A DNA stretch of 64,000 nt, from contig CAKKNE010000002.1 in assembly GCA_918797485.1 (NCBI GenBank), forward strand, positions 5,456,001 to 5,520,000, written 5' to 3'. Source of the DNA: Pelagomonas calceolata (taxonomy: Eukaryota). Positions 51,375 through 61,613 of the stretch are shown one piece after another (position 1 is the first letter of the stretch; every line of letters starts with the position of its first letter). Under the pieces are notes generated by a model. The model had not been told where the DNA came from and ran no database searches. It saw only the letters and a program-made list of their open reading frames with translations. Made by a program: the position numbers and the translations under genes.

Positions 51375-52187
51375 ATGGCGGCACTCGACGAGACGGACGC
51401 CGCCGAGGACAATGAGGACATCTTCGACCCGGGCCTCTTCCTCAACGAGGACTACGTCGAGCACGCCTACGAGCTAGGAGACGGCGCCCAGCAAACGTGC
51501 CTCTGCCTCGAGGGCGCGTCGACGGACCACGATTTGACGGGTCAGGTCGTCTGGCCGGTGTCGGTCGCGCTCGCGCGTTTTGTGGCCGCGCGTCTGGATT
51601 CATTGAAGGGCCGGCGCGTCGTCGAGGTCGGCGCGGGCACGGCGCTCGCGGGCCTCGCGGCGGCCCGCGCCGCTTGCGCGAGTGTTGTGCTGACGGACGG
51701 CTCCGACGTGATCATGCAATTGCTCGAGCGCGCGCTGGCGTCATCAAACGTGACCGCAACTCTAAAAGCGCCGACGTCCGCGCGCAAGCTGCTCTGGGGC
51801 GACCGCGCGTCCTTCGACGGCATTGGAACTTGTGATGTCGTCCTGGGCGCGGACGTCGTGTGCTGGCCGCGCCTCGTGGAGCCTTTACTACAAACCGTGC
51901 GCGCGTTATTGCGGGGGTCGGACGACGGCGTGTTTTACTGCGGTTTTGTTAGTAGGAGCCAATTGACGGAGCGGCTCTTCTTCGAGAAAAGCGAGCGTTT
52001 TGGTTTTGTGATACGCGAGCACACTCTAGAATCCTTCCTGCCGGACCCCGTGCCCGAGGCCTGTCGCTCGAATATGGAGTTGAGGGTACTCGAGCTCCGG
52101 CTCCGCGGCGACGCGCGCGGCGCGCCGGACGTCTTCGCTTCGGACGACCCGGCGAATGCTGAAGCCACGGGCGACATCGCGTGTTGA
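51375..52187 (+). CDS. Methyltransf_16 family protein methyltransferase
   Basis: TDHDLTGQVVWP, EVGAGT, LTDG, LLWG, GADV. Confidence 0.88.
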   Translation: MAALDETDAAEDNEDIFDPGLFLNEDYVEHAYELGDGAQQTCLCLEGASTDHDLTGQVVWPVSVALARFVAARLDSLKGRRVVEVGAGTALAGLAAARAACASVVLTDGSDVIMQLLERALASSNVTATLKAPTSARKLLWGDRASFDGIGTCDVVLGADVVCWPRLVEPLLQTVRALLRGSDDGVFYCGFVSRSQLTERLFFEKSERFGFVIREHTLESFLPDPVPEACRSNMELRVLELRLRGDARGAPDVFASDDPANAEATGDIAC

Positions 52188-52260
52188 GACTTGTGGCGCC
52201 AGACCCACGCCATCGACGCGGCACCTTTGTGCTGAGAGAACATTGTAATATTTAATTGTG

Positions 52261-53010
52261 CTACCGCCGTCGGCCGCGCCCTCGCCCACGCCCCCGCGGC
52301 GCGCGGCCGCGGCCTCGAGGCGCCCACCGCGTCGCCGGCGGCGGCGGCTCGGCCATGGATACGACGGGCGGCGGCAGTTCATCCGCGACCCGCCGGAAGC
52401 GCACGAGGTCGACGGCGACGTCCCGTGAATTGTCCGCATGGAACGCGTACGTTTTTGGCAAATCAAAACGCAGCTCGGCGACGACGTCCGCGGCCGCGCC
52501 CCACTCGTGCGCTCGTTTCAGGAGGAAGGCGCGCGTCGACGTCTTGTGCAGCGAGTAGACCACGTCACATAATGAGAGAGCGGCCCTTACAAAAGCAGCG
52601 TCGATTCCCTTTTTCCGCGTGCCGAAGGGTGGGTTCATGACGCACGTGTCGAAGGCGTTGCGCAGCGGGAGTTGCGCGTTATCATCAATGCGACACCTCA
52701 CAAAATCGACGACGTGGTCGACGTCGCATTCTGCGATGTTAGTTCTCGCCAAAGCAAGGGCGTCCTCGTCGCAATCCACACCGACCACAATGCTAGCACC
52801 CGCCAGCGCGCAGGCGCAGCTCAATATACCCGTGCCGCAGCCCAGATCTAAGACACGCTTGTCCAAGACGTCGTCCTGTATGTGTGTGATGATGGCGGCG
52901 CCGAGTTCGGCCGACGTCGCGTACTGTTCTAGTTCGAACTTTATTTGATCGGTGTCGAACGGTTTCAGCTGTTGGAGTGCTGCTTCTAACGAGAAGTCCT
53001 TCTTTCCCAT
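52261..53010 (-). CDS. METTL5: METTL5-like rRNA N6-adenine methyltransferase
   Basis: LEQYAT, DLGCGTG, MNPPFGT, VYSLHKTSTR, FDLPKTYAFH; RG-rich tail. Confidence 0.92.
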   Translation of the reverse strand: MGKKDFSLEAALQQLKPFDTDQIKFELEQYATSAELGAAIITHIQDDVLDKRVLDLGCGTGILSCACALAGASIVVGVDCDEDALALARTNIAECDVDHVVDFVRCRIDDNAQLPLRNAFDTCVMNPPFGTRKKGIDAAFVRAALSLCDVVYSLHKTSTRAFLLKRAHEWGAAADVVAELRFDLPKTYAFHADNSRDVAVDLVRFRRVADELPPPVVSMAEPPPPATRWAPRGRGRAPRGRGRGRGRRR

Positions 53011-53190
53011 CTCTTGTGCTGCGCTGCTGCACTGAGGCTGCAGTGCTGCTGCTCAGGCTAGGTATTCACTGCAGCTGGTCATCCACTGTCTGCACGGATG
53101 CATCCAGCAGCGCAGCCGTCTGTGCGCGTAGCGTTCCAGTTCACAGCAAGACGTCCCGTACCCTGGCTTTTGCCGGCGTGCAAACATGGT

Positions 53191-53214
53191 GCTAGCGGCC
53201 TGTAAGACACTAGC
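53191..53214. promoter_or_regulatory. CTAG-flanked upstream element, copy 18 (consensus)
   Basis: GCTAGCGGCCTGTAAGACACTAGC upstream of METTL5. Confidence 0.7.
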
Positions 53215-53936
53215 CCGCATTTCAAACGGGACCCCTCTCCCTTTGTTTTCTTTGTCTAAGCCTCGGAAGTCACCCTCGACGCCTCTCGATACGGCTGCTT
53301 GATCCTCGATAACTACTCGCTTCGAGTTTGCAAAGGCGCATCGGGAACCGGGACGAACTCGACGGTCGATTATAGTTGGCAGGTTCAAAATCTCGTGGCA
53401 CCGCCCTGGCCTGAATACCTTTACTTTTCCCACCGACGCCGACGACTAACAAAGACACAGCGATGAGATAATCAAAGGCCTAGAGGCCATCGGCACGGGA
53501 AATAACACCGATGCCGCGCGTGCTCCTCCTACTGACGTTCCTGAACGCCGGCGTTGTCGCCGCCAATCCGACGGCGGGCCGCTGGAATGTTTCGGCGTTC
53601 CGCCGCCGCGCCGTCGGCCGCCAGCGTTACGCGTGGCCGATTTTGAAGATCAGACCTCCCAAGGCCTGGAGTTAACCGCACCGTCGTCCGCCTATGATTC
53701 CGGGAAAAGAAGGGTGGCGTCGTGCTTCGGCGGCCTCGCGGCCTACTCCCCGGACATCTTCCGGACATGCGAGTATGCGCCTCCATCGAACGACCCCGAG
53801 GGCTGAGACTTGGGCCGGCACGTAGGCTAGCCGACCGGTTGGTCTCGCGCGAGAGGGCCACGCGACGGTCAGGCAGGAGCCAGCACAGGCCGCTTTGGCC
53901 TCCACGCGCCGTAAAACTGCCGCAAAAAATGGCAGA

Positions 53937-53957
53937 GCTAGCGCCCTAAGACACTAG
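53937..53957. promoter_or_regulatory. CTAG-flanked upstream element, copy 19
   Basis: GCTAGCGCCCTAAGACACTAG upstream of the 1499-aa gene. Confidence 0.65.
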
Positions 53958-54149
53958 GCAGCTAGAGCCCTGGAGTAGTTTTGCGAAGCCAGCCGGTGCG
54001 AGCCACACGCTCCGTCGGCCATCGGTCAGCCGCGTTTCCAGCTCTCTCCCACCCCTATAAGGCCTGAGCAGCCATAGAGCCAGCTCAGGCGCACGCCCAG
54101 CCATCGGCGACCCCAGCCAAAGAGAGGTCTCTTAAACCAAAACACAAAA

Positions 54150-57100
54150 ATGCGCCTCACCGTCACGGACCACACGCGGGGCGACGCGAAAGAAGTCCGG
54201 GCCGAGGTCGCGACGACGCAGTTGGGCGCCGTCGTCGAGAAGGCATTACAGGCGACGTACGGCGCGGGCAAAGCCCCGCCGCTCTGCTCCATCACCGCGA
54301 CGGTCAACGGCGTTACTAAAGCCTTCGATACCATTATAGAAGAAAAAGACTCCATAGACGTCCACCCGCTCCTCGCGCCCGGCGGTCCACTAGTTGTCCT
54401 ATTGGCGGACGAGTCCGGTGCCGTTTTTGCCACAGCGGTCCAAGAAGTCCCCGAAGGCGAAGCCTCAAGGGACTTCTTCGAGTCCGTCGTTCTGTTCGCC
54501 GTGGACATGGCCTTTTCGAAGCATGCGGCCGCGCAGGGCTGGGCGTCGGAGCCGGTGCTACGAGGCATCTCCAAAGGCTCATATAGGATGGAGCTCCAGG
54601 TCTGTCTCGAGGACAACTTGCCGTCCGATTGTACCGGAAAAGCCGCCTGCCAGGCCGTGGAAGGGAACACTTTTACACCGATGGCCTATCAAACAATCAC
54701 GCTCGAAGACACACTAGAGCAGGTCTGTCGCAAAGCCTTTGCGAGCAGGCATGGAGCGTGCTGCTGCATCCGGTGCGACCTGCGCGGGTTCCGGGCACCG
54801 GCGGCCACGGAAGTGGTCGTCGCTCTGTCGATCACGGGACGGCCCGAGCCCGCCATCACGGCCAAATTACTCGATGCGGATCTAGCGGGAGTCGCTTCGA
54901 GAGACGTCCTGCGGAAGATCCTGAAAACCCGCTTTTTGGAAGCCGAAAAACCCGCGAATTACGAATTTGATCTCCAGCCGGCGTCGGCGCTGGATTTGTT
55001 GTTTGGCCAGGCGAACCACGTCAAGGAGGGTACGGTAGATAGGTTGCTGGACGCGCCGGATGTGGTCTTAAAGTGTCGCGCGACGGACGCGGCGGCACCG
55101 TGTGGAGCTTTTCTAGACGCTTCGTTAGATGACCCGTTGCCCGTCGCGCCGTCGTTACCTCCCTCCTCGACGTTGTGTGCGCAATCTCGACGAGGCGGCT
55201 CCATCACTCGGTTAAGGCACAAGCGCGTCGACTGTCGCGTCGAGAGCTACCTCCCCGAGGACGAAAGGCCGGCGGAAGAGATGAACGCAGCTATTTCTCG
55301 AGGACAACAACAAGCGAAATTAGCACCTCTGTCCAAAACGCCGGTTCAGAAGACGCCCAGGGAGGTCCTTGTGCTGTTGCGGGACCGAGACGGCGCCTTG
55401 GCGTATGAAGCTTTTCCTTTACAACAAAAAGGCTCCATACCAGCGGTCGTCCTAGCGGAGGAAGCTCTGGCCGAATTCAGGAGGGCCAACAACCTCGCTG
55501 AGTCCAATGAGCGCCTGACGGGCCTGAAGTGTTGCGTGGGACCGCCGGGCATTGAGAACGACGCTACTACTATTATTGATACGTTCTTGGAGACGGCGAA
55601 ACCACTACAATCATCGAAGGAGATGGACCCTCGAGAATCCTTAGATGCGGTGCTCCGACGGAACGTAGAGATGAGTCGGGACGCCTTCGATAAGACCGGG
55701 AGACGATATGCCGTGTTGTGGTGCGCGTCCCCGAGACAGTTAGTTTCCAGTTGCACGGTGCAGCTCCGAGTCGTCGCGCAGCGCAAGGTGGCTTTTTCGA
55801 TGCAGCGGCGCTGGCGCGGCGTCGACGTGCTGGCCATGGAGACGTCACAAGTCGTGAAACGCGTCGTGAGCGGCTTGGAGGATGAGAAGCCCTTCGAGCG
55901 GTGGGCGCCGGCCTACACGCCGTCGGTCGCCGACGTCGAGGCCTGGTTCGCGTCCGGGAACTCCGTCTACGTGTCTCTGACTGCTTCTGATTCGACCTTA
56001 TCGACGCGACCTTGCAGGAACGGCGGCACGACGATCCAGGAGGTCATGATGTCCACAACGAGTCCGAAACGCATCACATTGGACGTCTACGCCGATGAAT
56101 TGGATGTGGAGTTTCCCTCCACACCAGACGCCGCCACGACAATCGCGTGGCGCGCCGCCTCGCAAGGATTGGGTTTCTTCGAGTCCGAGAATACTAGTAT
56201 AGACTTTGTGCTCTGCCAGGAGCTTTCTAGTACTTTGAAGAGGGCGGTCAAATCGGTCGGATATGCGGCGACGCTCCAAGCGCCGTGGGCCGGTCATGAA
56301 CGAAAATGGCGGCTGGGTGTACTTTGGTTGGCCGTTTGTAGGAAGTGTACGGAGTATTTGAGAGATGGTGCTTCAGAAAGAGACGACCTCGTCGCGAGGG
56401 TCGCGGAGGCGGCAGCCCAAGGTCTAAGAGGGAGACAGCCGGCTTTATCCTTGTTACATGCGGTCATCGTGGCTCGGTTCGCGAACGCGTCGCACGAAGA
56501 AAAGCCGCAGAAGCTCTTGGGCGTGACGGTCGAGGGCGCGCGGACTTCGGTAGAGATACGGGCGGGCATGCTGACGGCGCCGTTGCAGGGCCCCGACTTC
56601 ACGGGCTATGACGCGGACCAGCAGAAGCAGCTCCAGACGTCTCTCGTGAGGACGGCCAAGGCCTTCTCGGTTATATCCGACGATCATGCTTCATTCCTAA
56701 GGGAGAAATTACAAATGAACGCGTCGCACGACGACGATCTGTGCATGCGAGCTTTGCACGGGTTAGATGACCCGAAAGTCACGCCCATCAAATACGATGA
56801 TGATGAGTTACTTATATCGATCTTGGCTCAAGTGCCGTCGAAATTACCGTGCTTCGAGGTCGTTCCTACGCAAGTGGTGGAAGCGCCGGAACCGGAGCCG
56901 GAACCATCAAAGAAGAAGCGGAAGGCCAGAAGGCGACGACGGCGCGCGACGCCCGTCTCCGAGGACGACGAGGGCGACGAGGCCGCGTGCGCGGCGGCGG
57001 ACTTGGCGCGGACGTCGAGCAAGGCCGACGCATTAATTGAGGCGGTCGACGCGTCGGTGGCGCGCTTCGACGGGTTGTCGGCGTCCGTGCGAGCTTTGGC

Positions 57101-58649
57101 GGACCGCCAGGCGGCCGAGGAGGCGTGCGCCGCGGCGCGCGCGGCGCTCGATGCCGCGGATTGTATCGCCGCGGCGGCCGCGGCTCAAAAAGCGCTCGAC
57201 GCGGCCGACGCGCGGGCCGCGGCGGCCGCCGCGAAGGCGGCGCGCGACGCCATCGAGGCCAAACAAAGGGAGCTCGAGGCCGCCTCGGGCGAGTGGACGA
57301 CGACGACCACCAAACGCGACCGCAAGGCCGAGCGCCGGGCCGCCGCCGAGCGCGAGCGCAAGGAAAAGGCGCGCCGCGCGGCGGAGGCGGCCGATCGCGA
57401 GCGCGCCGCCGCCGCCGAGCGCGAGCGCGCCGCCGCGGCCGAGCGGGAGCGCGCCGCCGCCGCGGAACGCGCGGCCGCCGCGGAGCGCGAGCGCATCGCC
57501 GCCGACGAGCGCGAGCGCCTGGAACGGGCGCGCCTCGCGGCGGAGGCCGCGGAGAAGGAGCGCGCCGCGGCGGAAAAGGCCGCGGCGGCGGCCGCCGCCG
57601 CCGAGCGCGTCGCGCGCGAGCGCGCCGCCGCGGAGGCCAAGGAGCGCGACCGCCGGGACCGGGCCGCGGCGGCCGAGGCCGCGGCGGCGGCGGCGGCCGC
57701 GACCGCGCCGCCGCCGCCCGCCGCGTCGCCTGTGAAGGGCCCGCCGGCGCCGAAGCCCGACGACCTGGCCGCCTTCCCGAAGATGGCTGCAAGCAGCGCG
57801 AAGGCGAAGCCGGCGAAACCCGCCGCGCCGGCGAAGGCCGCCGCGGCACCGGCGAAACCCGCTTCGAAGCTGAACGCGAGCGCGGGCGAGTGGAAGCCGT
57901 CCTTTGTGCCTGCGCCGGCCGCGAAGCCCGCGAAGCCCGCGAAGGCGTCGGACTACGAGCCGCGACGGCCAGCGCCGGCGCGGGAGTCCGACTACGAGCC
58001 TGCGAAGGCGAACCGGCCATCTCGCCGCGCGAACAAAAAAGGGGCCCGGCCGCCGGCCGTCGCGCCTTTGCCGGCGACCGCGCCGACGCCCGCCCGCCCG
58101 GCGTCGCCCGCAGCCGCAGCCGCGCCCGCGCGGGCCCGCCCGGCCTCTCCCGCGCTGCCAGCGAAGCCGGCCGCGGCGCCCGCGCTCGCCGGGCCCGCTG
58201 CTCCGGCGCCGGCGCCCGCTGCCGCTCCGGCGCCGGCGCCCGCCGCGGCGCCGGCCGCGGCACCTGCGCAGAAGTCGCTCTTCGACGCCAAGGAGGGCAA
58301 CTGGGGCGACGACTCCGACTCCGACGACGCGCCGCGCGAGCGCGCCGAGCCCGCGTTTGAGGAGAAGCCCGCGGCGGAGCCCGCCGCCGAGAAGCCGGCG
58401 CGGTGGCCCCGAGCGCAAGCTCCTCGCAAGTCGCCGCGGGCCGCCAAGCCGGCGAAGTCCGCCGCGAAGCCGAAGCCGGGCGCGAAGCCCAAGCCGGCGC
58501 CCACGAATCCGGCGGCCGCCACGGCGCCGACCAAATCAGTCCCCCAATTCAAGACGGCGAAACCACCACGGGGCAAGAAGAAGAAGTCCGACCCGGCCTT
58601 TGATAGAGCCGGCTTCGAGAGGCGCGGCTTCGGCATCTTTGAGGGCTAG
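54150..58649 (+). CDS. Large hypothetical protein (1499 aa) with an Ala/Glu/Arg coiled coil and Pro/Ala tail
   Basis: Uninterrupted ORF; PAM2-like SKLNASAGEWKP near the C-terminus. Confidence 0.75.
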   Translation: MRLTVTDHTRGDAKEVRAEVATTQLGAVVEKALQATYGAGKAPPLCSITATVNGVTKAFDTIIEEKDSIDVHPLLAPGGPLVVLLADESGAVFATAVQEVPEGEASRDFFESVVLFAVDMAFSKHAAAQGWASEPVLRGISKGSYRMELQVCLEDNLPSDCTGKAACQAVEGNTFTPMAYQTITLEDTLEQVCRKAFASRHGACCCIRCDLRGFRAPAATEVVVALSITGRPEPAITAKLLDADLAGVASRDVLRKILKTRFLEAEKPANYEFDLQPASALDLLFGQANHVKEGTVDRLLDAPDVVLKCRATDAAAPCGAFLDASLDDPLPVAPSLPPSSTLCAQSRRGGSITRLRHKRVDCRVESYLPEDERPAEEMNAAISRGQQQAKLAPLSKTPVQKTPREVLVLLRDRDGALAYEAFPLQQKGSIPAVVLAEEALAEFRRANNLAESNERLTGLKCCVGPPGIENDATTIIDTFLETAKPLQSSKEMDPRESLDAVLRRNVEMSRDAFDKTGRRYAVLWCASPRQLVSSCTVQLRVVAQRKVAFSMQRRWRGVDVLAMETSQVVKRVVSGLEDEKPFERWAPAYTPSVADVEAWFASGNSVYVSLTASDSTLSTRPCRNGGTTIQEVMMSTTSPKRITLDVYADELDVEFPSTPDAATTIAWRAASQGLGFFESENTSIDFVLCQELSSTLKRAVKSVGYAATLQAPWAGHERKWRLGVLWLAVCRKCTEYLRDGASERDDLVARVAEAAAQGLRGRQPALSLLHAVIVARFANASHEEKPQKLLGVTVEGARTSVEIRAGMLTAPLQGPDFTGYDADQQKQLQTSLVRTAKAFSVISDDHASFLREKLQMNASHDDDLCMRALHGLDDPKVTPIKYDDDELLISILAQVPSKLPCFEVVPTQVVEAPEPEPEPSKKKRKARRRRRRATPVSEDDEGDEAACAAADLARTSSKADALIEAVDASVARFDGLSASVRALADRQAAEEACAAARAALDAADCIAAAAAAQKALDAADARAAAAAAKAARDAIEAKQRELEAASGEWTTTTTKRDRKAERRAAAERERKEKARRAAEAADRERAAAAERERAAAAERERAAAAERAAAAERERIAADERERLERARLAAEAAEKERAAAEKAAAAAAAAERVARERAAAEAKERDRRDRAAAAEAAAAAAAATAPPPPAASPVKGPPAPKPDDLAAFPKMAASSAKAKPAKPAAPAKAAAAPAKPASKLNASAGEWKPSFVPAPAAKPAKPAKASDYEPRRPAPARESDYEPAKANRPSRRANKKGARPPAVAPLPATAPTPARPASPAAAAAPARARPASPALPAKPAAAPALAGPAAPAPAPAAAPAPAPAAAPAAAPAQKSLFDAKEGNWGDDSDSDDAPRERAEPAFEEKPAAEPAAEKPARWPRAQAPRKSPRAAKPAKSAAKPKPGAKPKPAPTNPAAATAPTKSVPQFKTAKPPRGKKKKSDPAFDRAGFERRGFGIFEG

Positions 58650-58719
58650 TAGTAGCCAGTTAATGTTCGTTTCAGAGATAGTATGTTCGTTCAACAGATA
58701 CCGTTTAACAAATACCCCC

Positions 58720-61134
58720 CTACCGCGACGTGTTCGCGAGCTCGGCCGCCGCCGCTCTCAGTAATACCCTTTGCAGACTCGCGAGCGTTGTCGGAGGGAG
58801 CGCTGCCAACGAGGCGGCGTCGAACACGGCACAAGTCGCCGCCGCTTCGTTGCCGGCTCTAGCTGTGAACCGGCGCGGCCTTTTCAGTAAGAAATCGACG
58901 TACCCCGCAAAAGCCCCCGCGTTGACCACAAGCCCGACGCCGTCGCGCTCCTGGAAGGCGCCCGTCTCGAGGTCGTTCGTGATCTGTCTCAATGAAAGCG
59001 CGCCCGTGACGACGCAGAAGAAGGACGCGCCCTCCTCGCCTAATTCAAAAGCCGCTTCTCCGGCCTTCAAGCGCACCTCCTTGACGCCGGCGTCGCGCAG
59101 CGCCGCCTCCGTCGTCTCCAAATCAGAACTTTCCAGCACGACTCTTGCTAGATAGCGCGCTGCCGCTCTAGATAATGGCAGCCCGGTCGATAGGCCGCGC
59201 GGGCTCCTCGGATCGTCGAACGAGAGCGCCCGCGCGGCCGCCCCGTTCCCGCGCCCGCCGGGCATCGACGCCGCCCGCTGGGGCAACAGGAAGCGCCGCG
59301 GCTGGTCGCCGTCGTCGTCGATGAGAACGCGACGGCGAGGGTGCTCCGGCGTCGGAGCCTGAAGCTGCCGCCCCTCGGCCCAGCGCACCGCCTCGTCCAT
59401 GGATTGGAACGTCCGCACACTACTCCCGCCGGCTTCGTAGACGCCGTGGATCCGCAGCAACGCGTCATTTTTAACTCCAAGACCGGCTAAGGCCACGCCG
59501 AAGCCTTTTGCCTGGGCCATCGACGCGAGCGGCCGGAAGCACGCCCGACACGCACTGGCGTCCAGGCCATCGACCAACCGGCAGTCCAGGACGACGACTC
59601 TACTAGCGTGGTCCTGGGACGCTTCAAACAGCGACGACGTCTCGTCGTCGTCGTCCGCCCTTCTCAAGGCCTTCTTGATGCGCGCCAATAAAGACGCCGC
59701 CGTCCCCCACCAGATCCGTCCTCGCAACTCCAAAACGATTAAGCGCGATCTCAAAACTCTAAGCTTCCGCGCGTCTCTAGGTGCCCTTGGTGCACCCAAG
59801 GACGATCTTATAACGCGCTGCGGCGCGTCGGCTTCGATCTGCGCCGCCACGGTGGTGAAGGCGCACGCCGCACAACCTGTAACTAAACCTCGCACCAGCC
59901 CCAAAGCCTGGATCGCCCCTAATGTAATCCAGACCGAGGCGTACTCGGATCTCGTCGACCACTTGTGTCTAGATTGTAATAACCATTCATCCATCAGATC
60001 GACGCCGACAAACGCGAGTGTTGCCGCAAAAAAAAACAACGGTAGCGCGCCCAATAAATCTAGTTTTGTGGCACCAGCTATCACCTCGCAAACAACGACA
60101 ACTAACCCCGCGATACGTGAACGACATCCCGCGCGGCACGTGAAGATCGTCTGCGAGAAGATGTAGCTCCCCGTGAAGCCGCCCAGCATCCCGGCGACCG
60201 TGTTCGACACGCCTACGGTAGTTAATTCCGCGTCCATGTCGAGAGGCTTTCCTAGATCCACCTCAATAGCTGCGACGTCGAGGCACGACGAGAAGCCGAC
60301 CACGACGACCATGCTGCACCAGATCGGGAATAGTTGTGGTAAAGCATGCCAGGAAACTCGATCAAGGTCGTACAACGCGACGACGTCGCGCAGGTCCGCC
60401 ACATCCGTACTGGAGTCGTTCGCGAAGAGCCAGCCATCAGTTCTCGCATCTTTGAGGGAGTAGCCTGTCGTGTATACGATGAGGTAGAAGGCGAGCGGCA
60501 TGGCGACCATAGTTAACGGCAGCTTTGTCCCATTTTTGTCGTGCTTGGCGACCCTTGATAGTAGAATGCCTCCCAATAAACCGGGTGCCGCTAATACTAA
60601 TCGCCAGGGCGGCGAGTATAGTTGGGGCCAGTCCCTCGGGCCGTTCAAGGGTACACCAATGCATAGGGATAAACCAGCCTCGATGCAAAACAGGCCGATG
60701 AAGGCGAGGTAGCCGCCGAGCACCGGCAGCGGCAGGTAGCTCACCAGCCAAGTCATGCGCGCGCGGCCGACGCCGACCAGGACCAGTCCTAACAATGCCG
60801 TACTCAACCCCAACCCACACAGCGCCGTCGCGGCGACGTCGTGCGCCGTGCCATCTATTGACCGTGCGACGTCTGTGGCCATCTTACTCAAAAAAATCAA
60901 ACCGGCGTCCTGGACCTGGCCGATCGCGAAGGGCAGCGTGCTTCGCCACGAGAACACGCACTGGTGCACCGCCGCGGACAGGACGACGGCCTTCGCGAGC
61001 GGCGCGGCGACATCCACATAGGCGCCATCACTAAAAATGACCGCCGCGTATCCAAACAACGCGGGAATGGCCAGGATGGCATTGATAACACCATATAGTA
61101 CGCCTCTCGCGGCGTCCGCTGCCCGCTGCACCAT
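58720..61134 (-). CDS. SulP/SLC26 transporter with STAS and cNMP-binding domains
   Basis: PFAIGQVQDAG, FSSCLDVAAIE, GFTGSYIFSQT; STAS VVLD..LDASA; C-terminal cNMP-like domain. Confidence 0.9.
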   Translation of the reverse strand: MVQRAADAARGVLYGVINAILAIPALFGYAAVIFSDGAYVDVAAPLAKAVVLSAAVHQCVFSWRSTLPFAIGQVQDAGLIFLSKMATDVARSIDGTAHDVAATALCGLGLSTALLGLVLVGVGRARMTWLVSYLPLPVLGGYLAFIGLFCIEAGLSLCIGVPLNGPRDWPQLYSPPWRLVLAAPGLLGGILLSRVAKHDKNGTKLPLTMVAMPLAFYLIVYTTGYSLKDARTDGWLFANDSSTDVADLRDVVALYDLDRVSWHALPQLFPIWCSMVVVVGFSSCLDVAAIEVDLGKPLDMDAELTTVGVSNTVAGMLGGFTGSYIFSQTIFTCRAGCRSRIAGLVVVVCEVIAGATKLDLLGALPLFFFAATLAFVGVDLMDEWLLQSRHKWSTRSEYASVWITLGAIQALGLVRGLVTGCAACAFTTVAAQIEADAPQRVIRSSLGAPRAPRDARKLRVLRSRLIVLELRGRIWWGTAASLLARIKKALRRADDDDETSSLFEASQDHASRVVVLDCRLVDGLDASACRACFRPLASMAQAKGFGVALAGLGVKNDALLRIHGVYEAGGSSVRTFQSMDEAVRWAEGRQLQAPTPEHPRRRVLIDDDGDQPRRFLLPQRAASMPGGRGNGAAARALSFDDPRSPRGLSTGLPLSRAAARYLARVVLESSDLETTEAALRDAGVKEVRLKAGEAAFELGEEGASFFCVVTGALSLRQITNDLETGAFQERDGVGLVVNAGAFAGYVDFLLKRPRRFTARAGNEAAATCAVFDAASLAALPPTTLASLQRVLLRAAAAELANTSR

Positions 61135-61613
61135 CTCTACTGCCCGCGCGCAACTGCTGCCCCAGCCGCGGATTACGTTGCAGATTGCACTACTGAATGA
61201 CTTGCGTCATGCCGTTGCAGTAATAGCGATGCGCGCCTCGCGTCAGGGCGGCGATGCTCTTCCATTCACCATCACACCACTCGAAGCTAGTACTTCAGGA
61301 AAGCGGGCCTACGAGTCGTCACGGCGAAGAAGACCCCTGGGCGAGAGTCGTGCACCCGAAAAGCGACGTGCGGCCAACCCCGCACGCAAGCAAAAGACAA
61401 GCTTGGAGCGCCTGCCAAACTGGGCCGTGCGTTCCGGCCCACGAGCGCGGAACGAGCGCGAGGCAGCCGCAAGAAGCCGTCGACCGTGCGAGGCGAGCGG
61501 GCAGCGCGACGCGTATCGGTAGACACGCCACAGTAGCTACCTGGGCAGCTTGCAAGCTTTGGGGCAGCTCGCATTCCGCGCACGGATCGCGACAGGCTGC
61601 CCGAGTAGACGAG

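Noticed and set aside
52180..52235. Cys-TGA at the end of the methyltransferase as possible selenocysteine readthrough
   Set aside because: The domain is already complete, no SECIS-like stem is apparent, and the downstream sequence is the repeat relic plus the convergent gene.
46712..53010. Three methyltransferases plus ASF1 as a functional cluster
   Set aside because: Different subfamilies with separate promoters and unrelated genes in between; methyltransferases are common across the window.
262..53957. The recurring 24-bp element as a CRISPR repeat
   Set aside because: Copies are kilobases apart and variable, with no spacer array or cas genes, in a eukaryotic genome.
54706..54718. GACACACTAG half-site inside the 1499-aa CDS
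   Set aside because: It lacks the GCTAGCG half and the TGTAA core; likely chance.
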